Source: an uncultured bacterium
GTDB lineage: Bacteria > Actinomycetota > Acidimicrobiia > Spongiisociales > UBA5794
NCBI GenBank assembly: GCA_963801165.1
Contig: CAWDDT010000005.1
Coordinates: 602,193-666,192, forward strand
Length of the DNA: 64,000 nt
Direction of reading: 5' to 3'
In this document: positions 57,008 to 64,000 of the stretch, piece after piece
Position numbering within the stretch: the first letter of the stretch is position 1
How the letters are laid out: each line of letters begins with the position of its first letter
Program-made: the position numbers and the translations under genes
Notes under the pieces: model-generated
What the model was told of the DNA's origin: nothing
Database searches by the model: none
What the model saw: the letters and a program-made list of their open reading frames with translations, nothing else

Positions 57008-60000
57008 ATGGCGAGCACTGAGAATCTGCCGAGAACCTACACGGGACTCGACACGGTCACGCCCGTGTCGATATCTGGTCCTCTCGACGAAAGTACACAC
57101 TCCCTCATCCAAACGCTTCACGACACGGTTGAAGGTGAGGTGCGCTTCGACAGCGCTAGCAGGGCAACATACTCAACCGATTCTTCGAATTATCGGCAGG
57201 TACCGATCGGTGTCGTCGTTCCGAAGTCCATTGATGACGTGCTCGCAACCGTTGCCGCATGCCGCAGTCATGGCGTGCCGATTACTAGCCGCGGCGGGGG
57301 TACCAGTCTCGCCGGGCAGTGCACGAATGTTGCCGTGATCATCGACTTCTCGAAATATCTGAACAACGTCATATCGATTGATCCCGACGCAAAAACCGCA
57401 GTGATCGAACCGGGCTGCAACCTCGACGATCTACGAAGGGCGGCAAAGGAATACGGGCTCACGTTCGGACCCGACCCTGCCACCCACAGCCGCAACACGC
57501 TGGGCGGCATGATCGGCAACAATTCGTGCGGGGTGCATTCAGTGATGGCCGAGTTCTATGGACCGGGCCCATTGACCGTTGACCAGGTACTCGAACTCGA
57601 TATCGTCACGTATCGCGGCGATCGCATGACCGTCTCAGCGGTCAACGACGCCGACTTCGCTGAGATCGTCAAAGGAGGCGATCGCAAGGCGGAGATCTAT
57701 CAGGCGCTGCGCGATCTTCGTGATCGGCACGAGGAAGCCATTCTCACCCGGTTTCCCGGCCTTCCTCGCCGCGTGTCGGGTTTCAACCTCGATCGGCTCC
57801 TGGCGGAGAACGAATTCGATGTCGCCAAGGCCCTCGTTGGCACCGAAGGTACCTGCGTCACCATTCTGCACGCAACGGTCCGTCTGATGGAAGCGAAGCC
57901 GGAGCGGACACTCGTCGTGCTCGGGTATCCCGATGCCTACAGCGCGGGTGACCACGTACCAATGGTGCGCGAGCACCACCCGGTCGGGCTCGAGGGGATC
58001 GACGCCGAACTGGTCGGCTACATGAAGAAGAAAGGTCTGCATCCCGATGACGTCGACCTGCTCCCCGACGGGGACGGGTTCCTGCTCGTCGAGTTCGGTG
58101 CCGACACCAAGCAGGAATCCGACCGTCAGGCCAGAGCTCTCATCGACGCGGTGGAGGACACTGACAATCCACCATCCACCAAGCTGTTCACGGACGCATG
58201 GGAGGAACAGAAACTGTGGCAGGTTCGCGAATCAGGACTCGGTGCCACAGCCAATGTGCCCGGAATGCGGCAAACCCATCCTGGGTGGGAAGATGCCGCA
58301 GTTCCTCCCGACTGTGTCGGTGACTACCTACGGGACTTCCGAGACCTGCTCGACGAATTCGGCTATCACGCGGCGCTCTATGGCCACTTCGGTCAAGGGT
58401 GTATCCATTGTCGCATCGACTTCATCCTCGACACCGAGCACGGTGTCCGACAGTGGCGAAAGTTCCTCGACCGTGCAGCCGACCTTGTCGTCAGTTACGG
58501 CGGATCGCTGTCGGGTGAGCACGGCGATGGACAGGCTCGCGCGGCTCTCCTCACCAAGATGTACGGTGATGACCTGGTCGCGGCGTTCGCGGAGTTCAAG
58601 GACATTTGGGACCCGGACGACAAAATGAACCCCGGCAAGGTCGTGCGCCCGAACCAACCAGACGACGCCCTGCGCATGGGCCCAGACGCCCGCCGCCGTC
58701 GCGTCGACACCCATTTTTCGTTCCCAGACGACGACTTCGATTTCGGTCACGCGGTGTCGCGCTGTGTCGGGGTCGGCCTCTGCCGCGACGTCGAGAGTGG
58801 CACGATGTGCCCGAGCTACATGGCGACACGCGAAGAAGAGGATTCGACGCGTGGCCGATCACGACTGCTGTTTGAGATGCTGCGCGGGGACGAACTCGAC
58901 GGATGGCGAGACGATGGCATTGCGGAAGCCCTTGATCTGTGTCTGGCGTGCAAGGCATGCAAGAACGAATGCCCGGTGAACGTGGACATGGCCACTTACA
59001 AGGCTGAGTTCCTGTCGCACCACTACAAGCGACGCATTCGACCCCGCGCCGACTATGCAATAACACTCATCTACTGGTGGGCACGGCTCACCCACCGGTT
59101 CGCTCGTTTCGTCAACTTCGTCACGCACGCGCCGCTGCTGTCAAGTCTGGTCAAGAAGCTAGGTGGCGTCGCCCGGCAACGAACTATCCCACGGTTTGCG
59201 ACCGAGACATTCACCCAATGGTTCGACAATCGACCCGGGACCCAGCCGACGGAGGCGTTCGATCGACCGCACCACGACGGCGAACCAGTGATCACGTATG
59301 CCGACGTCGGACGCTTCGCGCACGAGACCTACTCCACCCCGTCGATGCAACGTCAGACAAACACGAATCGCCTCAATCCGCATGGTCAGGAAGCTCCCTT
59401 TGAGACCAACCGTGTCCTGCTGTGGCCGGACACGTTCAACAACTACCTCGAATCGTCGGTCCTGCAAGCTGCGGTCGAGGTGATAGAGGACGCTGGATAC
59501 ATCGTGGAGATCCCGCCACGGCCCCTGTGTTGTGGACGTCCACTGTATGACACCGGGATGCTCGATACTGCTTCACGACTGTGGAAGCAAATAATCAGCA
59601 CGTTGCGACCGTGGATCCGTGCCGGTATTCCGATCGTAGGTCTGGAGCCGAGTTGTGTCGCTGCGTTCCGCGATGAACTGATCAACCTTTTCCCAAACGA
59701 CGACGACGCGCAGCGCTTGTCGTCGCAGACCTTGCTCCTGTCGGAGTTCTTGGAACGTCAACACTATGAGCCGCCGAAGCTAAAGACTCGAGCGATTGTT
59801 CATCCGCACTGCCATCAAAATTCAGTGATAGGGATGGACGCTGAGGTTGCTGTGTTGAAGCGGTTGGGTGTCGAATACGAAGTCCTTGATTCGGGTTGCT
59901 GTGGCATGGCTGGATCATTCGGGTTCAATGCCAGCCATTACGAGGTCTCGATGCGAGTCGGCGAGCGGGTCCTCCTGCCACGAATCCGCGATCTTGACGT

Positions 60001-60142
60001 CGACACTGAGGTCGTCACCGATGGATTCAGTTGCCGCGAGCAGATCATGCAGAGCACCGACCGGACACCCGTTCATCTTGCCGAACTGCTCCAACGGGCG
60101 ATTCACCAACGCGACGCCGAGTTGGATGCGGATTTATCCTGA
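57008..60142 (+). CDS. FAD-binding and Fe-S oxidoreductase (YdiJ/GlcDF-like 2-hydroxyacid dehydrogenase family)
   Basis: RGGGTSLAGQ, GTEGT, SGEHGDG, C..C..C...CP, CCG motifs. Confidence 0.9.
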   Translation: MASTENLPRTYTGLDTVTPVSISGPLDESTHSLIQTLHDTVEGEVRFDSASRATYSTDSSNYRQVPIGVVVPKSIDDVLATVAACRSHGVPITSRGGGTSLAGQCTNVAVIIDFSKYLNNVISIDPDAKTAVIEPGCNLDDLRRAAKEYGLTFGPDPATHSRNTLGGMIGNNSCGVHSVMAEFYGPGPLTVDQVLELDIVTYRGDRMTVSAVNDADFAEIVKGGDRKAEIYQALRDLRDRHEEAILTRFPGLPRRVSGFNLDRLLAENEFDVAKALVGTEGTCVTILHATVRLMEAKPERTLVVLGYPDAYSAGDHVPMVREHHPVGLEGIDAELVGYMKKKGLHPDDVDLLPDGDGFLLVEFGADTKQESDRQARALIDAVEDTDNPPSTKLFTDAWEEQKLWQVRESGLGATANVPGMRQTHPGWEDAAVPPDCVGDYLRDFRDLLDEFGYHAALYGHFGQGCIHCRIDFILDTEHGVRQWRKFLDRAADLVVSYGGSLSGEHGDGQARAALLTKMYGDDLVAAFAEFKDIWDPDDKMNPGKVVRPNQPDDALRMGPDARRRRVDTHFSFPDDDFDFGHAVSRCVGVGLCRDVESGTMCPSYMATREEEDSTRGRSRLLFEMLRGDELDGWRDDGIAEALDLCLACKACKNECPVNVDMATYKAEFLSHHYKRRIRPRADYAITLIYWWARLTHRFARFVNFVTHAPLLSSLVKKLGGVARQRTIPRFATETFTQWFDNRPGTQPTEAFDRPHHDGEPVITYADVGRFAHETYSTPSMQRQTNTNRLNPHGQEAPFETNRVLLWPDTFNNYLESSVLQAAVEVIEDAGYIVEIPPRPLCCGRPLYDTGMLDTASRLWKQIISTLRPWIRAGIPIVGLEPSCVAAFRDELINLFPNDDDAQRLSSQTLLLSEFLERQHYEPPKLKTRAIVHPHCHQNSVIGMDAEVAVLKRLGVEYEVLDSGCCGMAGSFGFNASHYEVSMRVGERVLLPRIRDLDVDTEVVTDGFSCREQIMQSTDRTPVHLAELLQRAIHQRDAELDADLS

Positions 60143-60179
60143 TGCGCCGGCGACGACCTCCGCATCGTAAATCGAGGCA

Positions 60180-62015
60180 GTGATGAACCAGGATCGATAC
60201 TTGCCAATCGGGAACTACGCATTCCTCTCGGACTGCAAATCGACGGCGCTTGTGAGTTCGGAGGGCTCCATCGACTGGGCGTGTCTCCGACGATTCGATT
60301 CGGGGAGTACGTTCGGGCGGCTGCTGGACGCAGATAGAGGTGGCTACTTCTCAATCCGTCCCGTTGGCGAGATCACCGGGGTGACGCGCCGATACCTGTC
60401 TGACACCTTGGTGCTCGAGACCACTATGACAACGCAAAGCGGCTCCATCAGATGCACCGACGCGCTTGCGATGTCACACGGTGGTGCCCAGGTTGCCAAC
60501 ACTGAGCTGCTTCGTCGAGTCGAATGCATTGACGGTTCAGTTGAGATTGAGATCGTCATCGCACCCAGATTCGATTATGGGGCGACCCGACCGTGGCTAC
60601 GACATCATGGCGACGGCCGTTACACGGCCGTCGGAGGCGACGAGGCCGTGATCATCCACAGCACTGTCGATTTTGACCTTGATCGTGAGCGTGGCCATTT
60701 TGCGAATCGAATGGCACTTGACCAGGGCGGGCCATGCGATGTCACCCTCTTTTCTTCTCCTGCGCACCTTGTGGACACCAGTGACGTTGATGTAGCCAAA
60801 CTCGGGGAACTGCTTGAGGAGACGATCTCGTGGTGGAAGGACTGGTCGTCCGATACCGATGTGGATGGGGACCATGCCGAGTTGCTGAACCGGTCGGCAA
60901 TGGTGCTCAAGGGTCTCACGTGCGCACCGACTGGAGCTGTGGTGGCAGCGGCTACGACGTCTCTGCCCGAGGTCCCCGGTGGGGAGGCCAATTGGGATTA
61001 TCGCTATAGCTGGGTACGCGACTCCAGTGTTGCCCTCGTGTCACTCGCCCAGGTGGGCCACCCCGAGGTCGCGCAAGGCTTTCGCGACTTTGTCATGCGT
61101 TCGTCTGCCGGTAGTGGGGACGAGCTCCAGATCATGTATGGCCCATACGGAGAACGAAGCCTTCCCGAACGTGAGCTCGACTTGGAAGGCTGGCGTGGTT
61201 CAGCACCGGTGCGTGTCGGCAACGCCGCAGCAACCCAGACCCAACTCGACGTGTATGGACACCTCCTCGAGACCGCACACCTCTGGCACACGCGAGGAGG
61301 CACGATTGACAACGACGAGTGGACTTTCTTGTCGTCGGTCGTCAACCAAGCCGTAGCGCGTCGGGGCGAACCGGACGCGGGCATGTGGGAAATGCGTGGA
61401 CCGCAACGTCACCATGTCCACTCGAAGGTGATGATATGGCTGGCCCTCGACCGCGGGATCAGCCTGGTCGAGACCCACGGGTTCGATGACGGCACATCGG
61501 AAGGCTGGCGTGAGAAACGCGACGAGGTCCGACACGAAATCGAAACCCACGGTGTTGATCCCGATCACGGAAACTTTGTGCAGTACTACGGCACCACAGC
61601 AGTCGACGCGAGTCTTTTGCGGTTACCTCTCGTCGGGTTTGTCGATGCCAACGACGAAAGGATGCGCACAACCACCGACGCAATCATGAATCAACTCGGT
61701 GTCGCCCCACATGGATTCCTACGCCGCTACCAACGCGATCCGGATAGTGACGAGGACGAAGGAGTGTTCCTTCTGTGCTCGTTCTGGCTCGTCGAGGTTC
61801 TCGCTCTACAAGGAAGGATCAAGGAGGCAAACGACCTCTTCCTCGCGCTCACCGACGTCGGCAATGATCTGGGTTTGTTCTCCGAGGAGTATGACGTCGC
61901 CAACCGCGAACTGTTGGGAAACTTTCCACAGGCCTTCACTCATCTTGGCCTTATCGCAGCCGAAAAACGCCTCCGAGAAGTCGCAGCGTCCGGACCTATG
62001 GATACATCACGCTGA
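60180..62015 (+). CDS. Glycoside hydrolase family 15 (trehalase/glucoamylase-like)
   Basis: AAATTSLPE, NWDYRYSWVRD, QLDVYG, WE.R, GNFPQAFTH. Confidence 0.92.
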   Translation: MMNQDRYLPIGNYAFLSDCKSTALVSSEGSIDWACLRRFDSGSTFGRLLDADRGGYFSIRPVGEITGVTRRYLSDTLVLETTMTTQSGSIRCTDALAMSHGGAQVANTELLRRVECIDGSVEIEIVIAPRFDYGATRPWLRHHGDGRYTAVGGDEAVIIHSTVDFDLDRERGHFANRMALDQGGPCDVTLFSSPAHLVDTSDVDVAKLGELLEETISWWKDWSSDTDVDGDHAELLNRSAMVLKGLTCAPTGAVVAAATTSLPEVPGGEANWDYRYSWVRDSSVALVSLAQVGHPEVAQGFRDFVMRSSAGSGDELQIMYGPYGERSLPERELDLEGWRGSAPVRVGNAAATQTQLDVYGHLLETAHLWHTRGGTIDNDEWTFLSSVVNQAVARRGEPDAGMWEMRGPQRHHVHSKVMIWLALDRGISLVETHGFDDGTSEGWREKRDEVRHEIETHGVDPDHGNFVQYYGTTAVDASLLRLPLVGFVDANDERMRTTTDAIMNQLGVAPHGFLRRYQRDPDSDEDEGVFLLCSFWLVEVLALQGRIKEANDLFLALTDVGNDLGLFSEEYDVANRELLGNFPQAFTHLGLIAAEKRLREVAASGPMDTSR

Positions 62016-62135
62016 GAGCGTGGCTCTCGCCTTCGGGATGTTCGTTGAGTGTCGGTCCGATCCCCCATCTGGTCGCCACCGGGCTCGGACGACTCTCAGG
62101 GCCGAGCCGATGGGCTCTCGGTATTGCGACATCAT

Positions 62136-62174
62136 GCGCCCGTAGCTCAATTGGATAGAGCGTCTCACTACGGA
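62136..62174 (+). pseudogene. 5' half of tRNA-Arg(ACG); probable integration junction or relic
   Basis: GCGCCCGTAGCTCAATTGGATAGAGCGTCTCACTACGGA ends at the anticodon loop; no T arm or 3' acceptor strand follows. Confidence 0.8.
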
Positions 62175-62325
62175 GTATCCAGCACTGAGCGCTGGGCTAA
62201 CCCCCGAAGACATTGGGTCAGCGACGAGCGCAACAACCAGAATCAGACGCTGTGCCCCTCTGGGGTCCGCCACGGCAGGTGAGACGTCCTGCAAAGGCCC
62301 GGCCTTCTTGAGTCGTTTCCCGCAT

Positions 62326-62765
62326 TCAGGTTCCGTGAGCGATTGTTGCGGTGCGCTCGATCCTGATCAGCATCGCGGCCGATGGTGTGACCTTGCCATT
62401 CAGGTAGGTGCTCAGTCGTGACCCGCTGGTTCCCACCAGCTGGGCAAACTCGGCGTTGGTGAGCCCGGAACGGTCGACAGCGTCCCGTACCCGGGCCGCT
62501 ACCGCGGCTCGGTCAACTCGATCGGCATGGGCTCGGGCATGTTCCACTGCCAATGCGAACAGCGTGCTGGTTGCATCGGGCTCCCGGTACGACAGGTAAC
62601 GTTCGACGCGCCGTGCGTCCAGCCCGATGGAGAGCGACGAAGCTCAGCGAATATGGGCGCCCAATCCGCGACGAGACGCGGCGATCTACAGCACCAAGGC
62701 CTATACGGCCAGGTACGGACATCGTCCGCCGGCGAGGCCTCGACGTTGCGGAATGCGACAGGCAT
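62326..62765 (-). pseudogene. Frameshifted XRE-HTH protein (antitoxin-like)
   Basis: MPVAFRNVEASP..WPY, LVADWAPIFAELRRSP and SGLTNAEFAQLVGTSGSRLSTYLNGKVTPSA are not in one continuous frame; TGATG overlap with upstream gene. Confidence 0.7.
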
Positions 62766-63461
62766 CAGCCCACACCTCCGAGGCGAAGCGCAAGCATGCG
62801 GCACACATCGACAATGTCATTCCAACGGTGATAGCGTTTGTCCAGCGCCTTGTAGCGGGGCAGCTCGTCAATGACATCGGTGTCGCGTGCCTCGGGGTCG
62901 GCCAATGCGAGAACGAGCGATGTCAGTACCGACCCCCATTCTTCGGATCGGTCGTCATAGTACGGATCGATGTCGGACAGGATCGCAACCGCTGCCTCGT
63001 GTCCGATGTGGTCGGCCAAAGCAACAACGTCGAGGTAATCACGGACCACATTTCGTTTGACCACCAGGAATGCCTTGACCCGAAGCGACTCCGCCGCGGT
63101 CGGGCGCAACCCCACCTTTGCGTCCTTGCCCACATCGACCTCGAGGGTTTCCAACGGGCGGGTCCGGCGCATCTGTCGCAAACCGGCCTCGACACCACCA
63201 AGGCGACCCATGATGGTGAACGGCGGCCTTGAAGCTCGAACGGAGGTGGCCCAGCCGTCCGTGGCCTCCACCGCTTCTAATACCACCTCGTAGCGATCAA
63301 CCAGGTCGGAGAGCACGTGGTCATGATCAAACCAGTCCCGATGACCGGCGTGAAGAGCAGCAGCCGAGCCCCCGACGAGCACGGCGTCGGGCACTACCTC
63401 CTGTGACTGGTGCCGCGGGGGAGGCAAGAACCCGCTGCAACACCGGACTGAACTCTGCCAT
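62765..63461 (-). pseudogene. Frameshifted AbiEii-like nucleotidyltransferase (toxin-like)
   Basis: LVGGSAA...HR..FDHD, K......RN..RDYLD; N-terminus MAEFSPVLQRVL lies in another frame. Confidence 0.65.
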
Positions 63462-63639
63462 GTCCTGATCATATCCGATAAGCCTAGGTGAATCAACGCC
63501 GGTTTGTGCGTGGCGAGTCCACGGATCGGTCTCTCCAACCCTGGGGCGGGTGTGTTCCGGTCGGCTGCTGTTCGGACAAGGGGACGGCACGCTGTAGAAG
63601 CGCTGTGCCTCTGGAGCGAGCAACGCGAATCAGATGCTG

Positions 63640-63738
63640 AATTCGCACTTACCACGGCACCGACAGCTTCACCTTCATCGCTACCGACGGGGGTGGCGGC
63701 ACTGCGACACGGCGACCGCGACGATTACGGTGCTCGAG
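63640..63738 (+). pseudogene. Relic of an Ig-like/cadherin-like repeat
   Basis: GTDSFTFIATDGGGG and DTATATITVLE in different frames. Confidence 0.35.
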
Positions 63739-63799
63739 ACGCGGAAGTCCGCAGCATCAATCGAGGTCTTGGTCGCCTCGTTGAAGTTTACGAGGATCG

Positions 63800-64000
63800 T
63801 CACCCGCCCAAAGTCGTCGATGAGAGGTTAGACCTCGTCTCGGTCACACGTCCGCTGCTGGAGTCGAGTCGCCGGACCGCCGTGCCCGACGAGATCTCAG
63901 CCGTCCTCTCTGCCCAATCCCGCCAGGAGCCGGGGACGTCGGGGATGGCGAGTATCCGTGCGATCAGGTCATCTCCCGGTCGAGGGAGTGCTTCTCCGAG
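63800..64000 (-). CDS. 3' end of a gene entering from the right (possibly a MOSC-domain protein C-terminus)
   Basis: LIARILAIPDVPGSWRDWAER resembles a MOSC 3-alpha tail; short and uncertain. Confidence 0.25.
   Translation of the reverse strand, partial: LGEALPRPGDDLIARILAIPDVPGSWRDWAERTAEISSGTAVRRLDSSSGRVTETRSNLSSTTLGG

Noticed and set aside
62136-62400. Intron-containing tRNA-Arg
   Set aside because: No recognisable group I core and no 3' exon with a T arm in the remaining window

Overview
High-GC actinobacterial DNA, most likely Acidimicrobiia (SLH repeats of the GCNPPTNDRYCP type, CU044_5270-like anti-sigma, many leaderless genes); the taxon is inferred, not searched. Layout: (1) 1-9.8 kb is the right end of a genomic island bounded by a 3'-half tRNA-Ser(TGA) att remnant. 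It carries a secreted beta/gamma-crystallin/I36-like protein-ECF sigma-anti-sigma module, a secreted peptide plus export operon, and same-strand TA/HNH units separated by a conserved ~55-bp site. (2) 9.9-10.8 kb holds a mazEF-type pair and an IS481 relic. (3) 10.9-52 kb is mostly ordinary core: two chemoreceptors, a second secreted protein-ECF-anti-sigma module, a serpin, carbonic anhydrase, msrB, tRNA-Ser(GCT), ndh, PadR/ABC systems, a SAM-I riboswitch-osmC-like-metY operon, two DUF885 genes, an SLH surface protein and an MFS pump. (4) 52-62 kb is a SigF/SigB-type stress cluster, followed by a 5'-half tRNA-Arg(ACG) and a frameshifted nucleotidyltransferase/XRE pair. The best novelty candidate is at 12.69-12.92 kb: back-to-back twin ECF-type promoters, one facing the secreted protein/ECF/anti-sigma operon, the other facing a two-hairpin ~125-nt element whose loop matches the operon's ribosome-binding region over 17 nt. 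All product names come from motif recognition; no database was searched.
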